Below, in pieces: positions 1 to 7,767 of a stretch of 64,000 nt of DNA. This DNA is from Alistipes timonensis. Lineage in GTDB: Bacteria; Bacteroidota; Bacteroidia; Bacteroidales; Muribaculaceae. The notes under the pieces were generated by a model, which saw only the letters and a program-made list of their open reading frames with translations, was not told the DNA's origin and searched no databases. The position numbers were made by a program, and so were the translations under genes. Each line of letters begins with the position of its first letter. The first letter of the stretch is position 1. The DNA is taken from contig JAMPHO010000004.1 in NCBI GenBank assembly GCA_023663385.1, positions 14,053 to 78,052 of the forward strand, given 5' to 3'.

Positions 1-49
1 ACCCTCATAACGCCCCCACCCCGCCGTTGGTTCATCGCGCTATGGGAGG

Positions 50-93
50 TATAAAATAAAAAGGTCGTCCGGCACCGCGGGGCGCCGGACGAC
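50..93 (-). terminator. Rho-independent terminator downstream of the 205..2223 gene
   Basis: 10-bp GC stem gtcgtccggc (64-73) / gccggacgac (84-93) with a 10-nt loop. On the minus strand it is followed by cttttttatttt. Confidence 0.6.
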
Positions 94-204
94 GAACTTT
101 AACCAAAAAATCCGGAGAGAGATACCCCGGCGCGGCTGCTCACGCGGCCGCGCCGGTATATCGTTTGATCAGGTCAGTTCAAATTTTTAGCGTTGCTTCG
201 GGGC

Positions 205-2223
205 TCAGAGCACCACCTTGGCGACCTTGCCGCCGCGACGCTCGATGTAGAGGCCCGGAGCCGCGGACCGACGGTCGACGCGGACACCCTGCAGGTTGTA
301 AAGCTCAACCTCGCCGGCTGCTTCGGCGGCAATGGAGTCGATGGCGGTAACGGTGCTCTTGCCATTGTAGTGGAAACCTACGGCGTCAGAAACCTTGCCG
401 CGGCTATCGACGGCGCGAACCTGGATGCCGTGCTCGGTAACGCCTTCGGGAAGAGCGATAATGTTGTGGGTGTAAGTGGGGCCTTCGGCATCGGTCCACT
501 CACCAAACTCCATATTGTCGGCGGCACGGGAAGCGGCGTTGCGAACAAACCACTCGCGGTACTGGAGCTTGTGGCTGCTGTGGCGAGCAGTGAAGTCTAC
601 CACATCACCCTCAACCTTGCCCTCGAAATCGCCATAGATAGGAGCTTCGGCTGCAACGTAGTTCAGCTTGTAGAGCGATACCTGCGCATAACCATCCGCA
701 GTGGCGTTTGAGGAAGCATAATTCTTAAACATCTTGGAGCTAGTACTCATCAGAATCTGTCGAGTGCCAGCCAAGTTAATTTTTACATAATTGCCGGAGA
801 ACGAGAATGTGCCAGCAGTGGTATAATTTCCTACCTTTAAGTCAGTACTGGAAGAGGTGCCATGAACAACACCATTATCTTTGAGATTCACAGTAGTTAA
901 AGAGTATTTGCCGGCAGCGTCACCAGCGACCAACTTAAGCTTTAGAATATCGTCAGAAGCTGAAATCATTCCATCAGATACAATTGCCTCAACGCAGTCA
1001 ATTTGCTTGGAATATGATGCGGCGACCGCACTCATAGCATAGGTTACGCCTGCGTTGGTAGCGGCGATGGTGTAGTAGTCCTCTTCTACAATCTGGTCGA
1101 GGGAGGTGACGAGTTCGTAGCCGATGGGGCCGTTGATGTCGGAAAGGGTGACGGTGAGTTCGGTCTTGGAATCCTCGCTGAACTTGTAGAGGAGAGCAGC
1201 GGCTTCGGTAAGGGAGGCGGAAATGGTAGCGGTGCCGATGCCTTTGAGGGTTACAACGCCGGTTTCGGGGTCGAAGGTGGCTACAGACTCATTGGAGGAA
1301 GCGAACGAGAAGTTGTCGAGGCTGACGATGTCTGCGAGGTCGTTGAGAGCGGTGAAAGCCACGTTCTCGGTTTCGGGATTCGCGGGGTCGATAGCCTTGA
1401 CAATCGAGGTCGGGGCGAACTCAGCCACGAGTTCAACGAGGGGAGCGGTCACGACAACCTCCATAGTAAGGGGTTCAGTGCGGGCGTTGAACTTGGTGTC
1501 GGCATCCCAGGTCATCGAAATGGTGGTACTTCCGGCCTTGTAAGCGCAGAGTGTGCCATCAATAACCTCTGCCACAGATTCATCGGAAGAGGCCCAATTG
1601 ATAGTTTCAGGCTTTACTTCCGGCAGTTCGAGGTCGAGCATTTCGTTCACTTCGAGCTGCTTTTTCTCAGGAAGAGCGAACTCGAAGTCAACGGGGCCAA
1701 CGTGAGCATCCTCGTAAACTATTGTTATCGAGGACAAGGTCATACTGTTGCTTGTGGCCGAAGCCTGAGAAATTAATATATTTACGTTATCGACACAAGA
1801 AGTGTTGATATTGCCAAATATGCATTCAGTGCTGCTTGTATTGAGTTTTTGCGATTCCCCTACGCTTTTACCATCAACGAATGCTTCCACGCTCACGCTT
1901 CCGCCTGTTTTCGCAAACGCAGTGACCGAGATTGAGTTAATGATTTTACCCTTGAACGGATCGGCAGTCGTAAGAGACAAGCTCTTGAATTTATTGCTTT
2001 TAGAACCAAAGAGCAGACCATTAGTACCTTCTCTTTGCGCATAAAAACTGCTGCCGAAAGATTCGCATGTAGCGGACCAAGTTATACTTCCCAGTACCTG
2101 ATTGAAGGAAGCGGATTGGCTTGTTTTATCCGTGCCAGATATGGTCCAGGTATAGGTATAGGTTTCCGCCGCTGCGGGGAGTAGGGAGAGCAGGAGGGCG
2201 AAGAAGAGTAGAAGTTTCTTCAT
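205..2223 (-). CDS. Secreted surface protein with Ig-like (Big_2-type) repeats and a T9SS C-terminal sorting domain
   Basis: 672-aa ORF with signal peptide MKKLLLFFALLLSLLPAAA. Two Big_2-like segments (ASSDESVAEV..GSTTISMTW and ASSNESVATF..GTATISASL). The C-terminal tail VELYNLQGVRV..GLYIERRGGKVAKVVL fits the T9SS CTD pattern. Confidence 0.75.
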   Translation of the reverse strand: MKKLLLFFALLLSLLPAAAETYTYTWTISGTDKTSQSASFNQVLGSITWSATCESFGSSFYAQREGTNGLLFGSKSNKFKSLSLTTADPFKGKIINSISVTAFAKTGGSVSVEAFVDGKSVGESQKLNTSSTECIFGNINTSCVDNVNILISQASATSNSMTLSSITIVYEDAHVGPVDFEFALPEKKQLEVNEMLDLELPEVKPETINWASSDESVAEVIDGTLCAYKAGSTTISMTWDADTKFNARTEPLTMEVVVTAPLVELVAEFAPTSIVKAIDPANPETENVAFTALNDLADIVSLDNFSFASSNESVATFDPETGVVTLKGIGTATISASLTEAAALLYKFSEDSKTELTVTLSDINGPIGYELVTSLDQIVEEDYYTIAATNAGVTYAMSAVAASYSKQIDCVEAIVSDGMISASDDILKLKLVAGDAAGKYSLTTVNLKDNGVVHGTSSSTDLKVGNYTTAGTFSFSGNYVKINLAGTRQILMSTSSKMFKNYASSNATADGYAQVSLYKLNYVAAEAPIYGDFEGKVEGDVVDFTARHSSHKLQYREWFVRNAASRAADNMEFGEWTDAEGPTYTHNIIALPEGVTEHGIQVRAVDSRGKVSDAVGFHYNGKSTVTAIDSIAAEAAGEVELYNLQGVRVDRRSAAPGLYIERRGGKVAKVVL

Positions 2224-2280
2224 ACTTAGATAGTTAGATTGGTTGATTTTGTGGTATTATGAATTTTAAAATTCAATCTG

Positions 2281-2288
2281 CAAAATTA
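2281..2288 (-). promoter_or_regulatory. Bacteroidota -7 promoter box TAATTTTG for the 205..2223 gene
   Basis: Exact TAnnTTTG on the minus strand (plus strand caaaatta), 58 nt upstream of the ATG at 2223, inside an A+T-rich patch. Confidence 0.5.
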
Positions 2289-2396
2289 AACAAATCTTCA
2301 CATTTTACCCCCCCCTAATTGTTAAACTACGTTAATGGAATGATGCTGGCGGTGGTATTTAACTATTGCGGGGGGCGGGGGGAAGCTGGGGGGGCG

Positions 2397-2765
2397 GATA
2401 CCATGGACTCACGCCCTCCGGGCGCTCGCGAGAGCGATGCCATACCGCGGCCCCACGCTCCGGCGCCTGGCGGCGCCTACTCGTGGGGTTTGCGCACGAA
2501 CCCGCACCCTCCGGGCGCTATACTCATCGGAGTCTCCCCCACCCAATCCCGTCGGACGGGTCAGACGGGTCGGACAAGTCGGACGACCATGCGGATGAGG
2601 ATACCACGAACTCACGCCCTCCGGGCGCTCCCGAGAGGAGGCGAGGCTACAGCATCCCCCACGCTACGGCACCCGAGGGTGCCTACTCGTGGGGTTTGCG
2701 CACGAACCCGCACCCTCCGGGCGCTATACACACCGGAGTCTCCCAAACCAATCCCGTCGGACGGG
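2397..2765. repeat. Two copies of a ~165-bp direct repeat (2397-2560 and 2600-2765) in a gene-free region
   Basis: By-eye alignment. The flanks are near-identical (gatacca..actcacgccctccgggcgctc and cctactcgtggggtttgcgcacgaacccgcaccctccgggcgctata..cggagtctccc..ccaatcccgtcggacggg) and the ~20-nt core differs. The period is about 203 bp. Confidence 0.85.
2551..2587. repeat. Four tandem 9-mers GTC(G/A)GAC(G/A)(G/A) in the spacer between the 165-bp repeats
   Basis: gtcggacgg gtcagacgg gtcggacaa gtcggacga, read directly from the sequence. Confidence 0.8.
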
Positions 2766-2847
2766 AGGAGGGGTGGAGGGTAGAAGGAAAGGCCGCACTT
2801 CCTTATCTAGACTTCCGCCTCGCGCACCAGAGGACGGAAGGAGGGGA

Positions 2848-2877
2848 CTTCGGGCTTCGCCCTCACACGGAACGACA
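2848..2877. repeat. Dispersed 30-nt element, copy 1 (inverted partner at 39783-39812)
   Basis: The reverse complement of cttcgggcttcgccctcacacggaacgaca equals tgtcgttccgtgtgagggcgaagcccgaag. This matches 39783-39812 with a single A/G mismatch. Confidence 0.85.
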
Positions 2878-3113
2878 AGGCGGGGGAAAAGGGAGAAAGG
2901 GGGGGAAGGGGGAGGCTTTTTTGAGGGGAAGGGGGAGACGCTCGGCTTTCGCCTCGCCACAGTGGCGAGGCGAAACCAAGGGACGGGAGAGGACAGCTTC
3001 GCGATGGGAAGCCGCTCGCTTAGGCTCGCTCCGCCCGACGGCTTCGCGCGGGGAGGCCGCGGCATGCCGCGACCCTACGGGGGAAGGGGGGGGAACGGGG
3101 GAAGGGAGGGGCA

Positions 3114-4781
3114 CTACGGGTGGAGGGAGGGGGAGGGGCAGGCGATGAGGGTGATGGGTGGGGTGGCGGGGGGGTGGTACGGGGGGTAGGCGGTGTTGGG
3201 GATGACGCTGTTGCGGTGGAAGAGGAGGCGGGAGGTGGATTTGGCGTAGAGGAGGGGGGTGCCGAAGGTGTGGAAGGTGTTGTCGGTGATGGTGACGCCG
3301 CTGTGGAAGGGGCGGCGCTGGCGCTCCAGGTCGGGGATGACGGGGTAGATGGAGATTACGGCCTCGGTGAACTGGTAGGGGGTGGTGAGGGCGTTGACGA
3401 AGGTGTTGCGGCGTATGGTGACGTCGCGGCAGGCGCCGGTCTCGTACCAGCCGTTGCAGTCGCCGCAGAGGAGGATGGCGGCGCCGGAGGTGTGGTCGAA
3501 AAGGTTGTCCTCGCACACCACGCGGCGGGGCGTGCTGAAGAGGGCGCCGCGTGCGCGGTTGTGGCGGACGGTGTTGCGGGCGAAGTGTACCTCGGGGGCG
3601 CGGCTGAGGTTCTCGATGCCGTAGCCGTCGGCGGGGTCGAGGGGCGGAGAGAGGGGGCGGTCGAGGGTAATGAGAAATTCGCGGGCGCCGCGGTCAGTGG
3701 GGGTGTCGGCGGGGCGTATCTCCTTAATAATATATGGCGCGCCGACGGTGTCCATGGTCGCTGAGGCCACCACCGACACAGAGTCGCCGGGGGCGCCCCA
3801 GGTGAAGCCCCACGACTGATGGTGCATATATCGCCCGCGGAGGGTCGCGGGGCCGGGCGCGTCGGTGACTTTCAGGTAGGTGCCGTGAACGTTGATGGCG
3901 TCGTCCATCATCCCCTCGTAGAGTCCACCGACCGACTCAATCAGCCCCGAGCAGGCGGAGAAGTGTGTGGCGTCGGCCTGGGTGGTGAAATAGCGGGAGT
4001 CCTGAGGGCCTCGGAGCGCCACGGCGCAGCTGTCGAGCGTCACCCCGAGGCAGTTCTGAGCCAGGAGCCCCATCCCCTCGGCGTAATGGATGGTGACGCC
4101 GCGGAGCACCGTCGCGGTATCCTCGTCGAGGAACACCCCGGGAGCGGGCCGGCCATAGCCTCGCATCGCCAGACGCATGCCCGGCTTGAGGCGCGGGTCG
4201 CGCCAGGGGGCGGTGACGGTGCCGTCGCCGTTGTCGGTCGCGCCGCGCACCCCGACGTTGATGTCGCCCGTGCGGTAGGCCACCCGTCGGGTACCCTCCT
4301 CAAAAGCGATCGCCGTCTTGGGGGTCCGCTCCCAGTCGAGCCCCCGAGCGACGAACACGCTGTCGCGCACCACCCAGTCGACCCACGGCTCCGGGCGGTA
4401 GGTAATCCGCCCCGCGGCGGAGTCGTTGCGCTCGACCACCACCTGGGTGATGTGGGGGTTGGGAAAGTCGATTGAGAAGTCGCGGAGTTGACACCGGGAG
4501 CTCCCTATGAGCGCCACGGGGAGCATACTCCCGGCAAAGCTCAGCTCGGCGCCTCCGCCATCTAGAATCACGTCGGAGGCGTTTTCGATAAGGATTCCGA
4601 CCGCCTTGGGGTTCACCTGGTCGTGGTTCGAGATGTACAGCTCGCGGGTCAGGGCGGAGTCGGGGGTGAACTCGTAGAGGGCGGATGGCGCCAACTTTAT
4701 AACCAAAGTGTCGCCGGGAGCTTTGTCGGCAACGGCATCGCGGATGGCGCGGCACGCCTCGGCTCCCGTCACAGGCCCCAC
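3114..4781 (-). CDS. Right-handed beta-helix glycoside hydrolase, GH110-like (alpha-1,3-galactosidase family)
   Basis: 555-aa ORF. The N-terminal block ELYISNHDQVNPKAVGILIENASDVILDGGG..FSIDFPNPHITQ resembles my recollection of GH110 GlaA/GlaB proteins, and PbH1-like repeats follow. The annotated start is GTG. An in-frame upstream signal-peptide-like extension has no ATG/GTG/TTG (see findings). Confidence 0.6.
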   Translation of the reverse strand: MGPVTGAEACRAIRDAVADKAPGDTLVIKLAPSALYEFTPDSALTRELYISNHDQVNPKAVGILIENASDVILDGGGAELSFAGSMLPVALIGSSRCQLRDFSIDFPNPHITQVVVERNDSAAGRITYRPEPWVDWVVRDSVFVARGLDWERTPKTAIAFEEGTRRVAYRTGDINVGVRGATDNGDGTVTAPWRDPRLKPGMRLAMRGYGRPAPGVFLDEDTATVLRGVTIHYAEGMGLLAQNCLGVTLDSCAVALRGPQDSRYFTTQADATHFSACSGLIESVGGLYEGMMDDAINVHGTYLKVTDAPGPATLRGRYMHHQSWGFTWGAPGDSVSVVASATMDTVGAPYIIKEIRPADTPTDRGAREFLITLDRPLSPPLDPADGYGIENLSRAPEVHFARNTVRHNRARGALFSTPRRVVCEDNLFDHTSGAAILLCGDCNGWYETGACRDVTIRRNTFVNALTTPYQFTEAVISIYPVIPDLERQRRPFHSGVTITDNTFHTFGTPLLYAKSTSRLLFHRNSVIPNTAYPPYHPPATPPITLIACPSPSLHP

Positions 4782-4837
4782 CTCCAGGGTGTTGACGGAG
4801 GCGGAAAGAGCGAGCGGGAGAGCGAGCAGGAGGGCGG

Positions 4838-4927
4838 AGGTCAGAGTTATGAGGTTGGAAGTCAGAAGGCAGAGTTATGAGGTTAGAGGGCAGAGTTATG
4901 AGTTATGAGGTTGGAGGGCAGAGGTTG
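4838..4927. repeat. Short tandem-repeat array based on CAGAGTTATGAGGTT (minus strand AACCTCATAACTCTG)
   Basis: Three to four degenerate units of 21-28 bp between lpdA and the GH110-like gene. A related copy lies at 6240-6261. Confidence 0.8.
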
Positions 4928-6237
4928 GCGGCGGCAGCGGCGAGCACTTCCGAAAGGGTCGGGTGGGCGTGGATGGCCGAGGCGATGTCGGCGGCACGGA
5001 GCCCGGAGGCGATGGCGAGCGAAGCTTCGGCGGCGAGGTCGGCGGCGTGGGGGCCGCAGATGTGGCAACCTATGAGGCGCCCGTCGGGGTCGGCGATCAG
5101 TTTCACCAGCCCGTCGGCCTCACCCATGGCGGCGGCTTTGCCGTTGGCGCGGAACAGCGCCTTGGCGGTCTTGAACTCCGCTCCGCGCTCTTCGAGCACT
5201 TCCTGGGTCTCCCCGGCCATCGCGGCCTCCGGCATGGTGAACACCGCCGAGGGGATGACCGAGAGGTTAACCTCCTCACCCATGACGGCGCGGGCCTGGG
5301 CCGAGGCGGCGTGGGCCAGGAGGCAGCGCCCGTTGCAGTCACCAATGGCGTAGATGCCCGGGGCGGAGGTCGCGAAACGGTCGTCGACGGTGATGCCCCG
5401 CGGGGTGTGCTCCACCCCCGCCAAGTCCAGTCCGGCGGGGAGCGCCGGGCGACGCCCGACGGCCATCAGCACGGCGTCGGCCTCCACCTCGTCGGGTTTC
5501 CCCTTCTTGCCGAACTTCACGGCGATAGCGCCGTCGCGGCGTTCGAGCGCAGTCACTTCGGCGGAGGTGTGGAACTTGATGCCCCGCTTCTGCAGGGCCA
5601 TGCGGAGCCGCTTGGCAACCTCGCGGTCGAACGGCGGGAGCACCTCCTTGCAGTACTCCACCACCGTGACTTCCGAGCCGAAAGCCTCGAACACCGAGGC
5701 GAATTCCAGCCCTATCACCCCGCCGCCGATAATGGCGAGCCGCGGGGGGAGCGAGGCGATGTCGAGCAGGTCGGTAGAGTCCATCGCCAACTCCGCCCCC
5801 GGAATCGGGAGGCGGGCCGGGAGGGAGCCGGTCGCGATTATGATTTTCGGGGCGGTGTATTCCTCGCCGTTGACTGTCAGCAGGTTCTTGCCCGCGAATG
5901 AGGCTTCGCCGGTAATGACATCCGCCTTGGCGACGGTCATGGCAACCCCTTCGCGCAACTCGTCGACCACCCGGTTCTTGCGCCCGATGATGGCGGCGAG
6001 GTCGGCCTTCGGGGAGTCGTCGACGGCGATGCCGAACTCGGCGGCCAGGCGTGTGGTCTGAATCACCTCGGCCGAGCGGCAGAGGCACTTGGTAGGTATG
6101 CACCCGCGGTTGAGGCAGGTGCCACCCAGGCGGTCGCGCTCAATGAGGAGGGTTTTCAGGCCCTGGGCAGCGCCGATGGCGGCGGCTTCGTAGCCCCCCG
6201 GTCCGGCGCCGACAACGATAAGATCGTAAGAAGTCAT
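4903..6237 (-). CDS. lpdA: Dihydrolipoyl dehydrogenase (glycine-cleavage L protein)
   Basis: 444 aa. FAD motif VVGAGPGG, redox-active disulfide GGTCLNRGCIPTK, and last gene of the gcv cluster. Confidence 0.93.
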   Translation of the reverse strand: MTSYDLIVVGAGPGGYEAAAIGAAQGLKTLLIERDRLGGTCLNRGCIPTKCLCRSAEVIQTTRLAAEFGIAVDDSPKADLAAIIGRKNRVVDELREGVAMTVAKADVITGEASFAGKNLLTVNGEEYTAPKIIIATGSLPARLPIPGAELAMDSTDLLDIASLPPRLAIIGGGVIGLEFASVFEAFGSEVTVVEYCKEVLPPFDREVAKRLRMALQKRGIKFHTSAEVTALERRDGAIAVKFGKKGKPDEVEADAVLMAVGRRPALPAGLDLAGVEHTPRGITVDDRFATSAPGIYAIGDCNGRCLLAHAASAQARAVMGEEVNLSVIPSAVFTMPEAAMAGETQEVLEERGAEFKTAKALFRANGKAAAMGEADGLVKLIADPDGRLIGCHICGPHAADLAAEASLAIASGLRAADIASAIHAHPTLSEVLAAAAANLCPPTS

Positions 6238-6239
6238 AA

Positions 6240-6261
6240 GTCAGAGTTATGAGTTATGAAG
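6240..6261. repeat. Solo copy of the CAGAGTTATGAG repeat immediately upstream of lpdA
   Basis: gtcagagttatgagttatgaag. On the minus strand this reads cttcataactcataactctgac, followed by tt and the lpdA ATG. Confidence 0.75.
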
Positions 6262-6288
6262 TAAATTTATGGACACCTCACGTCATAA

Positions 6289-7749
6289 TCAGTAGGTTAC
6301 GATGGGATGGAGGGCGGCCTCCGTGTCGTCGGGGTGGGTGATGGGGGTGTTGTGGGGAGCGTTCTTAACCACGTCGGGGGTCTCGGCGGCCTCGCGGGCA
6401 ATGTCGCGCATCGCGGCGATGAAGTCGTCGAGCGTCTCGCGGCTCTCGGTCTCCGTAGGCTCGATCATCAGCGACTCGTGGAAAAGGAGTGGGAAGTAGA
6501 TGGTCGGGGCGTGGTAGCCGCGGTCGAGCAGACGCTTGGCGATGTTGAGGGTGGTGACGCCGGTCGATTTGTCGCGGAGCCCGTCGAACACGAACTCGTG
6601 CTTGCACGCCCCCTCGATCGGGAGGAGGTAGCAGTCTTTGAGCGACTCCTTGATATAGTTGGCGTTGAGCGTCGCGAGAGGGCCGACCTCCATAAGCCCT
6701 TCGGCGCCGAGCGACAGTATATAGCTCAGGGCGCGGGCCTGCACGGCGAAGTTGCCGAGGGTGGCCGAAATGGAGCCGAGGGCCTCCTCGGGGGCCTCGA
6801 TGGCGAAAGTGCCGTCGGGGCGCCGCGTAACGCGCGGCGAGGGGAGGAACCGCTCCAGCCCGGCGCGCACCCCTACCGGGCCGCTTCCGGGACCACCGCC
6901 GCCGTGGGGCGTGGAGAAAGTCTTGTGGAGGTTGATGTGCATCACGTCGAACCCCATGTCGCCCGGGCGGGCAATGCCGAGCATCGGGTTGAGGTTGGCG
7001 CCGTCGTAGTACATCAGCGCGCCCGCCTCGTGGGCCAGCCGCGCGATTTCGGGGATGTTTTTCTCGAAGATGCCGAGGGTGTTGGGGTTGGTCATCATTA
7101 CCGCGGCCACCGTATCGTCGAGCAGCGGGCGCAGGTCCTCGACATCGACCGTGCCGTCGGGGCGGCTCTTGACCTCCACCACCTCCAGGCCGCACACCGC
7201 CGCCGAGGCGGGGTTGGTGCCGTGGGCCGAGTCGGGCACGATCACCTTGCGGCGCGCCGAGTCGGAGCGGCTGTCATGGTAGGCACGGATCACCATCAGG
7301 CCGGTGAGCTCGCCGTGGGCCCCGGCGAAGGGGTTGAGGGTGAACTCGGCCATGCCGCCGATTTCCGAGAGGGCCCGTTGCAGCTCCCAGTAGATCGCCA
7401 GCGCCCCCTGGGCGGCTTTCGCCGGGGTCGCGGGGTGCAGACGGGCGAAGGAGCGGTGCGAGGCTATCTCCTCGTTGATTTTCGGGTTGTGCTTCATAGT
7501 GCACGACCCGAGGGGGTAGAACCCCGTGTCGACCCCGAAGTTGTTGGTCGACATATTGTTGTAGTGGCGCACCAGGCTCGGCTCGTCGCATTCGGGGAGG
7601 TCGAGGGGCGTCTCCCTGAGCAGTCCGGCGGGGATGGGCGCGGCGGCGGTATCGCCGACCACCGGCACCCCCGACTTCGGGAGCCTGAAAGCCGAGCGCC
7701 CCGGGCGCGAAATCTCAAAAACCAGTTTTCCGTATAATTCTCTATTCAT
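6289..7749 (-). CDS. gcvPB: Glycine dehydrogenase (decarboxylating) subunit 2
   Basis: 486 aa. PLP-lysine region HINLHKTFSTPHGGGGPG. Lies between gcvPA and lpdA. Confidence 0.93.
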   Translation of the reverse strand: MNRELYGKLVFEISRPGRSAFRLPKSGVPVVGDTAAAPIPAGLLRETPLDLPECDEPSLVRHYNNMSTNNFGVDTGFYPLGSCTMKHNPKINEEIASHRSFARLHPATPAKAAQGALAIYWELQRALSEIGGMAEFTLNPFAGAHGELTGLMVIRAYHDSRSDSARRKVIVPDSAHGTNPASAAVCGLEVVEVKSRPDGTVDVEDLRPLLDDTVAAVMMTNPNTLGIFEKNIPEIARLAHEAGALMYYDGANLNPMLGIARPGDMGFDVMHINLHKTFSTPHGGGGPGSGPVGVRAGLERFLPSPRVTRRPDGTFAIEAPEEALGSISATLGNFAVQARALSYILSLGAEGLMEVGPLATLNANYIKESLKDCYLLPIEGACKHEFVFDGLRDKSTGVTTLNIAKRLLDRGYHAPTIYFPLLFHESLMIEPTETESRETLDDFIAAMRDIAREAAETPDVVKNAPHNTPITHPDDTEAALHPIVTY

Positions 7750-7767
7750 ATCCTAAGTTTTTGAGGG

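Noticed and set aside
2397-2765. The 165-bp direct repeats as a diversity-generating retroelement template/variable repeat pair.
   Set aside because: There is no reverse transcriptase gene in the window. Neither copy lies inside a coding region. The differences are concentrated in a replaced ~20-nt core rather than at adenine positions.
2319-3516. ORFs 2319..2783, 2366..3148, 2689..3189 and 2863..3516 as protein-coding genes in the gene-free region.
   Set aside because: They are overlapping ORFs in several frames and on both strands, with Pro/Arg/Gly-dominated translations generated by repeats and G-rich tracts. None has a start-codon context, a promoter box or any domain resemblance.
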